Below, one piece after another: positions 12,320 to 25,400 of a DNA stretch of 64,000 nucleotides. Numbering within the stretch: position 1 is the stretch's first letter; the number at the start of each line of letters is the position of its first letter. The DNA is from Isurus oxyrinchus (taxonomy: Eukaryota): the NCBI GenBank assembly GCA_026770705.1, contig JANJGN010000038.1, forward strand, positions 4,774,001-4,838,000. The letters run 5' to 3'. The notes beneath the pieces are model-generated. The model was not told where the DNA came from. It searched no databases and saw only the letters and a program-made list of their open reading frames with translations. The position numbers and the translations under genes were made by a program.

Positions 12320-13545
12320 TTATCCATTCATGGGAAATGGGCTTCGTTGGCTGGGCCAGAATTTATTACCCATCACTAGTTGCCTTTGTGAAGGTGGTGC
12401 TGAGCTGCCTTCTTGAACTGCTACAGTCTTCGGGGTGTAGGCGCACCCAGAGTGCTGTTCTGAAGGGAATTCCAGGATTTTGGCCCAGCGACAGAGAAGG
12501 AACGGCGATATATTTCCAGGTCAAAATGGTGAGTGACTTGAAGGGGAACTTCCGATTGGTGGTGTTCACATCTGTCTGCTCCCCTTCTCCTTCTAGATGG
12601 TAGTGGTCGGGGTTTGAACGTGCAGCTGAAAGAGCCTTGATGAGTTCCTGCAGTGCATCTTGTAGATGGCACCCACTGGTGCTACTATGCAACAGTGGTG
12701 GAGTGTGTAAATATTTTTGGATGTGCTACCAATCCAGCGAGATGCATTGCCCTGAATGGTGTCAAGCTTCTTGAGCGTTCTGGGAGCTGCGCCCATCCAA
12801 GCAAGCGAGGAGCATTCCACTACACTCCTGACTTGTGCCTTGCAGATGGTGGACAGGCTTTGGCGGTGAGGAGGTGAGTTACACGTCGCACTATTCCTTG
12901 CCTCTAATCTGCTCTTGTAGCCATAGTATTTATATGGCTTGTTCAGTTCCGTTTCTGGTCAATAGTAAACCCCAGGATTTGATAGTGGGGGATTCAGTGA
13001 TGTTAATGCCATTGAATGACAAAGGGCGATGGTTGGGTTCTCCCTTGTTGGAGATGGTCATTGCCTGACACTTGAGCGGTGCACAAGATACTTGCCACAT
13101 GTCAGCGCAAGCCTGGTAATTGTCCAGCTCTTGCTGCATTTGAGCATGGGCTACTTCAGTACCTGAGGAGTCGTTAATGGCGCTGAACATTGTGAAATCA
13201 GTAGCGAACATCCCACTTCTGACTATGTGATGGAAGGAAGGTCATTGATGAAGCAGCTGAAGATGGTTGGGCCGAGGACAGTACCCTGAAGGAATGCTGC
13301 AGTGATGTCCTAGCGCTGAGATGATCGACCCCCAACAAACACAACCATCATCCTTTCTGCTAGGTATGGTTCGAAGCAGCAGAGATTTCCCCCCTGATTC
13401 CCATTGACTCCAGGTTTGCTAGGGGCCCTTGATGCCACACTCTACCAAATGTTGCCTTGATGTCAAGGGCAGCCGCTCTCACCTCCCCCCGGGAGTTCAG
13501 CTCCTTTTTCCATGTTTGAAACAAAGCTGTAATGAGGTTAGGATA
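12320..13545 (-). mobile_element. Non-LTR retrotransposon (CR1/L2 group, family B), 3' RT fragment
   Basis: Frameshifted RT motifs: AALDIKATFGRVWHQG, MFATDFTMFSAI (decayed FADD), MECSSLAWMGAAPRTLKKLDTIQ. Lies in the intron of GPCR gene 1. Confidence 0.85.
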
Positions 13546-13599
13546 CAGCAATATAGCAAGTGAATAGGATAATAAATGGCAGTCTTCCCTGTATTCGAG

Positions 13600-14105
13600 T
13601 AAGGAACTTTTGATAGAATTATGCATGTGATTGGTGAGAAAACATATCGATTAATGTGTACAGTTTTGGCCTTCTTGCCTAAGGAAAAATATACTTAAGT
13701 AATCAATCAATCAATCAAATTTGACATGCATCTTCTTAAATTTAGAGGATGTGTGATTATCTCATCGAGTCATAGAAAATAATTTAGTGTCCTCATAGCA
13801 TGGATGCTGAGAGAATGTTTCCCTTAGGTGGGGAGTCGAGAACTCGATCCCTGAGATAAAATGTTGGCCATTTGGAATTGAGATGAAGAGAATCTTCTTC
13901 ACTGAGAAAGTGGAGAAACGTCGGAATTATTAACTCTCGAGGGCTGTTGGTCGGTAGATTTTTGTGCTCTAAGGCCATTAAGATAAATGGGGATAGTTTT
14001 GGATAGTAGAATTCGAAGAACGGCCATGGGTTTAATGAACATTAGAGTTGACCAAAGAGAAATATGGCTTGCTCTTGCTCCTAGTTCTTGCATTCTTATG
14101 TAACA
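13600..14105 (+). mobile_element. CR1/HER1 LINE, 3' end fragment
   Basis: gagaatgtttccc...gggagtcgagaac...gagatgaagagaatcttcttcactgag...ggcttgctcttgctcctagttcttg tail. Confidence 0.65.
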
Positions 14106-14838
14106 ACTTCATTTCCCAACCACTGGCCCATTTAATTCCTGGCCCAAAACACAGACATTAGATCCATTGGTAAATTCTCTCCTGCTAGCCAGCCTGAATT
14201 TTGGGTGCTGCCACTCTCTGCTGTTCCTTCGTGTTGGCCAGCTCTGATTCAATCTCTAATTTATTTTCTTCAGTCTAGCGATCCATTTACCTCCCTGTTC
14301 TTTATTTCTTTTCGAGAGTCTATTTGTTACTGGGATACAGTCTAAGCGTTCATTGTGCCTTTTGGCGAAGGCAATAATTATCAGGAAGGCACATTTGGAC
14401 ATCCTGATTTGAAATACAATTTCTGAATTCAAATCTGTATTTACTTCTTTACACAACCTTAATGTTCCACTCAAATGTCTTCTCAAAAATAAATGAACCA
14501 TTTTCCTTCAGTACAAATCACAGCCCTTCTTACATATCGTTGTGATGCAGTTTGCAGCATGTTCATGGGATATTGAGCAGGACTAATAATGGGGTGAGTG
14601 ATTTTCACTCCGAATTCCATGAATAATTTAGGGAAGTGGCGATGAGACCTGCTGCAGGATTTGGTTTCCTGCTACAACAGGATGGTGTTTAACTCGAAAC
14701 ACTCCCTCCAGCGTAAAGCTCAAACACTGGTAAAGTAATTAGATTCTGACCTTGGATAACTCTGTTCAAATGTCACTCCATCAGTCTGTAACATTTGCTC
14801 TAAGTTAAATAACTATCCTGCCTTTCTCTTCCTTACAG

Positions 14839-15740
14839 TGAACATACTGACTATTGTGACACTGTCTCGGGGAAGGTGCGGTCTCTCAAAATGTGTTTCC
14901 CTTTACCTGGTGTCCATGGCAACCGCGGATCTACTGGTCGTTATCCTTGATCTCATATTCAGGCAAATTGCTATTCTTTACTGGGCTCAGTTTCAGTTCA
15001 TGTGGAGGTTTAAAGTGTGTAATATCCATGCTGTCCTGCTTTATGCAGCCACAGATTGTTCTGTCTGGTTCACAGTCTCTTTCACCTTTGATAGATTTCT
15101 GGCTATTTGTTCCCAGAAGTTGAAAACAAAATATTGCACAGAGCATACGGCGGCTGTGGTTCTCGGAACAGTCAGTCTGCTATTCTGTGTGAAGGATACA
15201 TTCTGGTACTTTATGTATGTAGGTCATTATTCGCTTTCCAATGCTCCTTGGTTTTGCAAATTAGTGACGGATGCTGAATTCTCATCAATGTGGGCAGCAA
15301 TCGAATGTCTTCATTATATTTTAACACCATTTGTGCCATTTGTTTTGATTTTGATGTTGAACGCTTTAACTGTCAGATATATTTTACTGTCGAGCAGAGC
15401 CCGCAGGAGACTCCGGGCTCACTGCAGTGGGGAGAGACCCAGGGACCCACAGATGGAGAAACGCAGGAAATCCATCATTTTACTGTTTGCTATATCGGGG
15501 AATTTTATCCTGTTATGGTTAGTTTTTATGATAAATTCTGTTTGTAATAGGCTATATGTGTTAGATGCTATTCCTGTATACCTTCCTAGGTTTGTGCAGG
15601 AACTGGGATTTATATTTCAGTTCCTGAGTTGTTGCACTAACACGGCCATTTATGCAGTGACCCAGACTCAATTCAGAAATGAGCTGAAGAATGTGGTGAA
15701 ATATCCCTTTTCTGTAATTTTTAAATGTATTAAACAGTGA
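14839..15740 (+). CDS. GPCR gene 1, exon 2 (TM1 end to C-terminus); spliced protein about 332 aa, intact
   Basis: Acceptor ctttctcttccttacag. VNILTIVTLSRGRCGLS...MATADL (TM2)...VCN (TM3 Cys)...FTFDRFLAIC (DRY-like)...PWFC...LTPFVP...RRKSIILLFAISG...SCCTNTAIY. Seven hydrophobic segments across both exons. AATAAA at 16245. Confidence 0.92.
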
Positions 15741-16689
15741 CAAGAATATCCATTATCAATACGAGTTGACCCTGTTTTATTCCCAATCTCTTCACCTCGG
15801 TGATGAGCACAGGGTGAGGCCAGTTTTCATCTTTCACCGCCAGGATTCAATGACTAACAGAAACGGTGCATTTGGGAAGTAATTTACCTCAGTCCTGTTT
15901 GTCCTGCAAGTTTCCTGGCTATTCCAACTCTCCTGTTGTCCTTGGGCCTGGTGTGTGAAATTCCCACCCACCAGGCACGAGTTCCATGTCATTATCGAAA
16001 GGGGCTTTGGAGGATAAGGCCACTTGGGCAGGTGACAGTCCAGGGGCGGACATGCTGCAGTGTCTCCAGCATCACAGGGAAATCTTGTTCAAAACATTTC
16101 AGACCAACCTGCAGATGGGAGGGTGGGTTTCAGAGGTTCGAAAGTCAGTGATTGCAGCTTTTCAAAATCTTTCTGTGATTTTATTCCAGTGTTTTTAGAG
16201 CTGAACAGTCACAGTATCTCGGAGCGGGAAGTCTCCTCGTTTCAAATAAAGATTTATTTCCACTGCACAAGTTATGTTCCAGTGAAATTCGTCAATTCAA
16301 ATGTCCCCTGAACTCATCTGGAAAAAGTATGTTCAGGAGAGGAGAGAGAGGGGGGCCAATGTGCTCGGAACTGAAATAAAAAACAGCAATGCTGGGAATA
16401 ATCAGCAGCCCTCGCTACTTTTGTGTAGCGAGAAACAGACTAATGCTTCAAGGGCTTCCATCAGTGTTGTGACACTCTTACGTGATCCAAAGGACTCCTG
16501 CTGCTGCAGCAGTAAATGAAGCATGTCATTTCAAAGTGTGAGGTGTGGGGTGAGGGGCGCCGGCGACCTACGTGTGTGTTTTTTGTTGTGGGGGTGGGGG
16601 TGGTGGGGGTGATGGAGTATAGAGTGAAATATCAAACTTTGTCAGCATCTGGCCAGTGGGCAATTGGAAGGCTCACTACTTGAGAGCCA

Positions 16690-17545
16690 GCTGTTCACAA
16701 CACATGAATAATTTGGATATGAGCGCCAAATGTAATATTTCCAAGTTCGAGGATGACACAAAGCTTGGTGGGAACGTGTATTGTGAGGAAGGTGAAAAAC
16801 GGTTTCAAGGCGATTTGGACAGACTTGGTGAGGGGGACAGAACAGGAAAGATGAAATTTAACGTGGAAGAATGTGAGGTTAACCAGCTTGGTAGGATCAG
16901 CAGAGGTGCAGATTATTTCATAAAACGTGAGAGCCTGGAAAATGTAGCTGTACAAGGGGGCCTGTGTACCCTCATCAATAAGTCTCTGAAACCTGGCATA
17001 CATATGAAGCATTTAGGAAGGCGAAAAGAATGTTAGCTTCTCTCACAAGTGGATTTGAATACAGCCATAGTGAATTCTCATTTCCTTTGTATATAATCTT
17101 GGTTAGGCCACCCCTGGGGTACAATGTGCAGGTGTGGCCCCCTTACATTCGGAAGGGAGTCAATGTTATTGAGGGAGTGAATCGAAGGCTCACCAGATTT
17201 GCATCAGGGATGGTGTGACTGTCCTGTGAAGAAGGATTGGGGACACTGGACCTGTATTCTCCAGAGTTTCCAAACATGAGCAAAAAGATCTCATTATAAC
17301 AAACAAAACACCTGAATGGAAGAAAGTGTAAATGAAGCTCAGATGTTTCCCCTGGTCGGGGAATCTAGAAACAGGGGACACAATTTCAAAATAAGGGTAA
17401 AGCCACTAGGACTGACATGAGGAGAATTGTTTTTTACTCAGTGGTTTGCGAATGTTTGTATTTCTGCATCCCGGAGAGCTGTGGAAGTACAATCATTGAG
17501 TATGTTTAAAGCAGAGAATGGCAGATTTCTAAATAATAATCTGCC
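16690..17545 (+). mobile_element. CR1/HER1 LINE RT fragment
   Basis: CNISKFEDDTKLGG...QGDLDRL...MKFNVEEC; LVRPPLGYNVQVWPPY. Confidence 0.85.
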
Positions 17546-17654
17546 TTACTGTTTTATCCCCATTATATTGCATCAATAAGCCACTCCCAAATCCCATGTG
17601 CAATGACAGCGGTTAAAAAAAATGCAGCCATGAGAGGAGGGAAGTCCTGAACAG

Positions 17655-17905
17655 TAAAAGCTAAATATTGCGGTTTCTGGAAATCTAAAACTAAAAGAGA
17701 AAATGCTGCAAAACCTCAGCATGTCCAACATCACCTGTGGAGATAAAGACAGGATTAACGTTTTGAGTCTTTTTGACTTTTGTTCAGATAAGAAGACTCT
17801 GAAGTAGAATCATGCGGGCTCGAAACGTTAACCCTGTGGTTTTCTTCACAGATGCTTTATGAACTGTTGAGATTTTCCAACTTTTTCTGTTGTTGATTCA
17901 GATGT
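17655..17905. mobile_element. Palindromic Penelope-associated short element
   Basis: Same family as 18233-18439. Partial copies at about 1195-1305, 16370-16470, 21330-21460, 24125-24245, 34640-34760 and 50570-50690. Confidence 0.7.
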
Positions 17906-18232
17906 CCTGATGGGCTTTGCGGTAGAGGAAGGGAGAGAGATTGGGAGAGAGACAGGGTTTAAGCAAAAACTCCACTCATTCATAAATATCATTCCGAGTC
18001 TTGAAGATGTGTAGGTAAGTTTTCTCTGCCTAACCCTTCCTTTATTCAACAACATGGAACCTCGCGCCTGAACTCTGAGGAATTAGAGAAAAGTGGCGCA
18101 GTTTCAGATGGATGATATTGGAAGATAGCAGGATATGAAGAGAAACTTCTGCTGTTATTCCCGTGATCGGGAGGCTCTGAAGTATCGTCTGACGAAACGA
18201 TGAGGCAGGTAGAACGAAATCCCTGGGGTGAT

Positions 18233-18439
18233 AAATGCAAAATACTGCGGATGCTGGAACTCTGAAACAAAAATAAAATTGCTGGAAAAACTCAGCAGGC
18301 CTGACAGCATCTGAGGAGAGAGCAACAGAGTTGACCTTTCGCGTTCAGCTGAGGAAGGGTCATACCGAATCGAGAATCTGTTTCTGCCTCTGCAGATTCT
18401 ATCAGACCTGCTGATATTTCCAGCGTTTTCTGTTTTCAC
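18233..18439. mobile_element. Palindromic Penelope-associated short element with target-site duplication
   Basis: Arms tgctggaaaaactcagcaggcctgacagcatctg / cagattctatcagacctgctgatatttccagc. Flanked by a 12-bp direct repeat ccctggggtgat (18221-18232, 18440-18451). Confidence 0.8.
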
Positions 18440-19861
18440 CCCTGGGGTGATGTCCAGCGAGTTCAGGGAGATGGTATCAGTAGGAATGAGCTGATCAGGA
18501 ATACAGTTCATTATCAAAGCAGAAGGGAGAATGACAGCGCTAATGGATTTAACAGAAAAGGTGGAAGTGGAGAGTCGGCCTGTGTTTACTGGAATAACGA
18601 CCATGTATATGCTGAACGGAAAGGGGTGTGGCAGGGCGAGGTGCAGGCTGCGTCTGTTTGTGTATTTAAGAGAAAATGGAAAGCCAGTGTCTCAGTATCC
18701 GATCGGCCCCAGGATCTCTGAACAAGCCCCATGTTTATGGTTACTTGCAGCATAAAGTTGGACCCCATCTTTGAGTATTTTGGCGGTTTTGAACCCCCCC
18801 CCCCCCAACCCCGCACCCCCCCCCCCCCCACCCCCGTATGTCCAATAGACCTAATGCTCTGTAATAATTTGCAGGATTTGTACTGAATAATACAGCAGTG
18901 CCAGACACGCCCCAGCCCCTGGAAACATCCCTTGGTTTGTGCTCCGTATTCTGCCTGTGTTATATATCTAGCCTGTGGCATCCCCACTTCAAAGTGTTTA
19001 ATCGGACATTGCAGAGGGATCTTGAACAATTTTCTGACCCTGATTGCACCAACGGTGGGAGTGTTTGATGGGGTATTTTAAAGGATGTTTTCTGCTCCAA
19101 TTTCCTGTCCTATATCAGCCTCCGATGAAGCCGAACCCTACAGTTTAGAATTGCCAGACATGTGTCTGTGAGCGCCCAGAGTGAAGTCACCGAGGTGACC
19201 CTCCCTGTTCAATCATTCCACCTCGGGCAATAGCCAGAAACAGGCAGAGGTAAAGGTCTCCTTACACGGATGGGGCGATGGGTGTAAACAGAACCCCGAC
19301 AGGAATGGTAAAACGGGGAGAAATGTGTAACAGGGAAAATGCAGCGGTGTCGATGGGCCTTGGGGAAAGGAATTCAGCAAAGTCACAGTTAGTTCACTTT
19401 TCATTCCAGATGTATTAGTAATATCAGAGAATATTTCACAGGAAATTTTATTTTAAAGTTAACAGAAGTGAATATAATGCCTGAGGTCACGTTGGGAACA
19501 GAACACATGCGCTCTGATTTGGTAAATTGTATGTACCACTGGAACATAGATCAGAAAGAGAAAACTGAGGCTCAAAGGAAAGGGAAGGGGGTAATAACGA
19601 ATAACGAATGAAAACGTTACTTAATTACAATTCAAATCCTAACTCCAGGGAAATTAGATGCTACAATTACATTATAACCATTTTCATCTCACACCTTTCA
19701 TACATGAAATTGGAAATACTGCTACAGGTTCGGTTACAGATTCGGGATCACAAAGTGAAGACATTTCACCTTTAGAATCACCAAGAGAACAGATTTTATA
19801 TTGGAATAGAGAGACCTGAAAAAACAGCTGAGGAAAAGCTACGAGGTCCAAATTCAACCGA

Positions 19862-19870
19862 TCACTTGAT
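19862..19870 (-). pseudogene. IGHM: IgM membrane exon TM2, copy A (IK-stop)
   Basis: Strong acceptor attgtctccttcttttacag|ATC AAG TGA, 140 nt after the TM1 donor. AATAAA on the minus strand at 19452-19447. Confidence 0.75.
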
Positions 19871-20010
19871 CTGTAAAAGAAGGAGACAATAATGAAGCAG
19901 ATATTTATGATCAGGTGCATTTATGTTATTACTTTTAATTGTTGAAATGTTTAGAAAATTTTCAGACCGCTTCTGCTAGATTGTAGCATGAGTGGATTGA
20001 ATCTTCTCAC

Positions 20011-20138
20011 CTTTACCAGAGTGACGGCAATGCTGTTGAAAATGCTCAGGAAGAACAGGACGATGAATGTTAGAGATTTTGTCCAGATGTTCCCGTTATC
20101 GTCCTCATAGCCTTCAATCCAGATGTGGTCTGTGGAAT
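20011..20138 (-). pseudogene. IGHM: IgM heavy-chain membrane exon TM1, copy A (orphan, diverged)
   Basis: (D)STDHIWIEGYEDDNGNIWTKSLTFIVLFFLSIFNSIAVTLVK, 128 nt, flanked by AG and GTGAGA. Resembles the shark IgM membrane tail as I recall it (DHIWIE...STFIILFFLSIFYxAAVTLVKVK). The conserved TM Tyr is replaced by Asn. Confidence 0.85.
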
Positions 20139-22619
20139 CTACACGGATATTACCGAGGGGTTGGCCAATGGGAACCTTAATTAATCTCAGCAAAAAAAAA
20201 AAATAACGACAAGAAATCAGATAATACATTAAAAATTATGTGATGTCAGAATAAAGCTGGAATTTATCCATGTGAAAGTACCTGTTATTACATAGAAACA
20301 GATAACACTCACGAGGAGAAAGATGGAAAGCCAAGGTGTCACGTCGACGCCATTTCATCGGAACATTCACGTCTTCACCATCCAGTGCCTTTTGTTATGT
20401 TTACGCCATTGCTTTTTTGACTTGTGCACGTTTGCCTACCATTTTATAGCCGTTTATTTAATTGAGGATAAAATTATTAATATTTTATTTCAGTTTTGCG
20501 GTAGCTAAATGGATAACAAAGCTTAGCATTGCACTGCACAGATGGAGGCCAGTACACGCATTATTCCTGTTCCTGAAAGTGCTATTCCATTTGTCCGGTT
20601 CCAATGCTCTTTCTCATAGTAATTTATTTTCCTTTCTAAATAGTGATTCATTTTTGGAAGAAATATTATCCAGTCTGCTTCTACCACGTGTTCAGCTTGT
20701 ACATACACAGGTCACCATGAATAACTTATTTAAAAAGTCCAGATATTCCCAGTGGTTTTTTAACCTCTCCCACCAAAATAAAACAAACAGAAAAGAAAAA
20801 CAGAGCGCAGGAATTGAATATAGTTATTACTACGGGTGCCAAGTAGCAGTAATAATCCATGGGGATAGCAACTTTAACCACAATTTTCCACCATGGACTT
20901 GAATGAGCTGATCTCAGTGCTGGGAAGTATAGTATAAAATATTTGCGTACCACGCTAATTTAGGAAGGGCTGAGGTTTTGCTAATGCTAAGGATGAATGT
21001 GACCCATTACAAGAATATCAGAAATACATGAGGATAAATGGCAAAGTAATTTAATTCTGAACAAGATTGAAGTGCTGTAATTTGGTAGGAAGATTAAGCT
21101 GATGAAATCTACTGGTTGGAAATTATTATCTTAAATGAGATTAAGACTCGGGGTCATGCAGAATGGTAGTGCTTCAAAAATCAAGGAATTCCCATTGAGA
21201 TAAATGCCGCAACATTTGCAGATGATTGGGAAATTTCAACTGATTAAATGTTCCAAGATAACTTTTTTCACGAATATGTCCACTGAATAGTCCACGCATG
21301 TTGACTGAAAGTCCAATCAGCACGTCCATAAAACTCCCCTAACACTTTTCAGTTTCGTTGATAGCTGAAACATCGACCTGAAACAGTTAACTGTTTTTTT
21401 GTTCTCAATCCCGAGATGTTATCCAGCCGACGAAATGTGTCCAGCATTTCCTCGTGCATATAGAAACACTCTCTGAAGAGAGCACAATAACTTGATATTG
21501 TATTTTTTTCATGTTATTGGAGTGGGATATTGAGACAGACAAATTTTCAATCATCAGTAATTGCGACCCAGAAATATATTCTTTTACTGTTAGTAGAGAA
21601 GTGGGAATAGGCGAAATTCGTGCAGATATTTAAAACACCTCCATGGATTAAAAAAATGACTTTTTTTATAGAGCGTGTCAGAGAATCGTTGTGACTCAGG
21701 TCACATTGCGATCAACATGGCTGTCCAAAATTCAATTCTGATTCGTCGACCTAAATGGCCACTTAAATTTAATCGAGCTTCCTTATGCAAATACGTAAGC
21801 AACCTGCAGGGTGCCGCACACAAATCAAAGAGAAAGCCCTGACTATTAAAGAGTGGTTGGTGCTCCAGAAAAGCAGATGCAAATTTGATCCAGGAAAGTA
21901 CAAAGTGATGAGTTTGTTGTTCAGAGTGTGTAATGCTGTGCAACCGTTGCTGCAAATAAATCCATGGAACAGAAGGATGTAAAGTTATCTCAATATATAG
22001 TCGATATATGTTCATGAAAGGGAGTCTGTATCGTTAAACTTCACTAGGTAGGGTCCATTTAATGGATGTGATTCCCTTGGCTTTTTTAGTCCTTGTATGT
22101 AGTTCATCTAGGAATCAGTTGCTGGAATCAGTGGATATATTTTTCAAGGGGTTACTAGCATGTTGATGCATAGTGCCTATAAGGCATGGATACAGAGATG
22201 AATTGGCCTGAGGAGCTGTTAAAGTGGATATCCTAGAGTGTCCTTATTTGAACCTTCTTTTTTAATGCCGTTAATAATTACCCGAATCTCGATGACACAA
22301 CAACAATGGCCGAATTTGTGGAGGAAACAAAGCTGTTGAAGATGGTCGACTGCAAAACCTGAAGAAGATAAGCTGTAGGAAGATGTTTGGAATTGGAGAG
22401 ACAGACATTATTTGCACGTCAACAGAGAGAGATGGTAAAAAAAAATGCCACATGTCGACCAGAAGTACAGTGAGCCTTTCTTCGGTCGCCAGGAACTGTG
22501 GGAATCGATTGTTAAGAATTCTGAACTCATTAATAGATTTATGCTATGATTGGGGAGGATCTTCATGGGTTATGATAGTGACACCGTTTTTGACCCTTTT
22601 AGATACCAGTTGATGTCAT

Positions 22620-24125
22620 AGACTTGGACTGCGAACTTAAATCCCTCAAGATTCCACACAAAGGTTAGTTCGTAAGATGATAACTCATGGGTTTGAAGCG
22701 AATACATTAGCATGAGTAGAAGATCGGTCAATGTCGAGGAAGCAAATAATACGGTTTACTGGGCACTTTCAGGCTGGCAGGCTGTCACCAGTGGAGTGCC
22801 GCAACTTTCAATGATGGCCTCAGCTACAATTTGCATTAATCACTTAGGAAAAGACCTGGAAAATAATTGAGTTGCTGACGATTCAATGCTAGGTGCGGGT
22901 GCAAGCTGTGAGGTGAACACAAGGAGGCTCAAAATTGATGTCGAAAGGTTAAGGAAGAGGGCAACAGATGGACTTCCTATCGGAGCACAAAGTGCACAAA
23001 TGTGAAGTTGTGCACTTTGGCGGTAAGAAAGGGAAATATAATGTTTCTAAATGGCGTAAATCATGCAAATGTTGATGCTCACTGAATTTCAAAACGGGCA
23101 AAGTACAGAACATATCCAAGCGGCCGGGCCATGCTGGTAAAGCTCAAATTACAGTGTTCAACATTGGATGCGATTCCAGAACTCGAGAACATTTGTTAAA
23201 AAAAAATTAATTGCACTAAGAATAACGCTGACAACCAATTTAGATTATCATTTGGGCTTGCAGAGTGTTGCATTTGCATGTATTTGAACGCTGCATATTT
23301 TAATACACAGGGCCCTGTTCTTTGCAAGCAGAAAAGACATGCACACACATTGTGCCTGGTTCAGCTAAACACAATAAGTGACAGCCATTAGCTGACTCAG
23401 TCCTCAAGGCAATGCATTGACTAATCAAGGCCAAGCTGCCTAGCTAAAATTTCAAACAGAGCTTAGGAGTTAACTTTCAGTCGCCATAATTGGTGCATTC
23501 TCCATGACAATTCCTCTGCCGGAGTCCACTTGCCAAGCAATCAGCACTCTCTTCACATGCAGTATAAATTGCTGTTTTCCTCTTACATCGGTATTCTTAA
23601 AAAGTGGCCTTACGAGTCAAAAAATGTTTCTAATTGGAGGAAGATTTCGCCAGGAGTTGGTGTCAGCACCCTTTTTCTGGATATATATAATGGCTTTGAC
23701 TTGGGTGTACGTGACAAAATTTCAAAGCTTACAGATGTGACAAAACTTGGAAATATTGCAAACCAGTGTGACGAGGGTGCTGAACTTCCAAAAGCCATAG
23801 ACAGATTTTTAACATGGGCATACAAGTTGGTAGATTAACTTTAACGTAGCTATCTGTCAAGTGCATCATCTTCGAATGAAGAATAAGGATAAGAAAACTC
23901 GATGAAAGGATATGATGGTAATGGGATTGCAGGAGCAAAATACATGTCCCATATGTTTATAAATCGGCATACAGGATGTTTGATTCTATAAGTAGCAACC
24001 TAGGATAAAAACACAAGAACGGTTTGGCTCAGCTGGAGCATTTGAGGCCAGTTCTGCGAAGAACATTTTGCAAGGAATTTATAGCTTTTGAAATAATGAC
24101 AGGGATGAGGAACATCTGTTACAAG
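22620..24125 (+). mobile_element. Decayed CR1 fragments, interrupted at about 23290-23560 by a Penelope-associated repeat
   Basis: DKISKLTDVTKLG and related decayed FADDTK motifs. Confidence 0.6.
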
Positions 24126-24249
24126 TTAAAAACAAAAACAGAATTACCTGGAAAAACTCAGCAGGTCTGGCAGCATCGGCGGAGAAGAAAAGAGTTGACG
24201 TTTCGAGTCCTCATGACCCTTCGACAGAACTTGAGGGAACTTGACAGAA

Positions 24250-25400
24250 CTTTTTGCACAAATTAAGAGCCCGTGGTATTGAGAGAAACGTATTAGCACG
24301 GATTGAGGATTGGATAACAGAGAGGAGACAAAGAATCTGGATTAATGGGTCCTTTTCAGATGCGTTGGAAAGACGCAACAAATGGAGTGCCACAGTATCA
24401 GTCCTAGCACGTCAACTATTTATTAGCTATTGCAATGACTTGGAGGAGCGGACAGAGTGTGATGTATCCAAATTTGCTGATGCTACAGCAATAGGTGAGA
24501 AGACATGTTGTGAAAGGACATGAGGAATGTAAAAGGTGTTGTAGATAGGTTGAGTGAGTGAGCAAAAGCACTTGGCAGATGGAGTTTAATGCCGGAAAGT
24601 GTGAGGTCATTCACTTTTGTAGGAAGAATCAAAAGGCAGACTATTATTAAAATGGAGAGAGACTTCAAAAACGTGCAGGCTCTGATTGTTCCTGTGTACG
24701 GAGCACAAAACGTTAACATGCAAATGTAACAAGTAATTAAGAAGGCAAATGGCATTTTGGTCTGTGTTGCTAGGGGGTTACAGTTTATAAAATAGGGAGG
24801 TCTTGTTACAAATATGTAGGATTCGGTGGGGCCCCACCTGGAGTGCTGTGAACACTTTCGGCCCCTGTATTTAAGAATTGATATATTGGCATCAGATGCA
24901 GTTCAAACGGGATTCGTTAGGCTGATTCCTGGGATGAAGGACTTGACTTATCAGGAACGGCTAAACACATTAGGACTTTATTTATTAGCGCTTCGAAGAA
25001 TGAGGGATGATCTTATTGAGATGAACAGAATCCTGAGGGGAGGGGTTGCTTGACAGGTAGATGTTGAGAAAATGTTCGCTTTAGTTGGGGAATCTCGAGC
25101 TAGGGGACATAGTTACATAATAAGGGGCCACACATACAAAACTGAGTTGCGAAGGAATATCTTCTCTCTGAGAGTATTGAATGTCTGGAATTCTCTACCC
25201 CAGAGAGTTGTGGAGGCTTGATCTCTGAAGGTACTTAAAGAAGAGATGGATAGATTTTTGAAATATCGTGAGTTGAGCTTCATGAAGAGCTGTCAGTAAA
25301 GAGGATTTGAGGCCTGGGGCAGATCAGCCATGATGTTATTGAATGGCGGGGCAGGCTTGAGCGGCCTATGCTTACTGCTGTTGCAATTTCTTATTATCAC
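24250..25400 (+). mobile_element. CR1/HER1 LINE, 3' part
   Basis: KLRARGIERNVLARIEDWI...SKFADAT; PHLECCEHFRPLYLRIDI...RMRDDLIE. Typical 3' tail gatcagccatgat..attgaatggcggggcaggcttga. Confidence 0.88.

Noticed and set aside
19720-19771. Alternative TM2 candidate aag|GTG AAA TGT
   Set aside because: No stop after VK, the acceptor is not conserved in copy B, and a stronger conserved acceptor with xK-stop lies nearer TM1.
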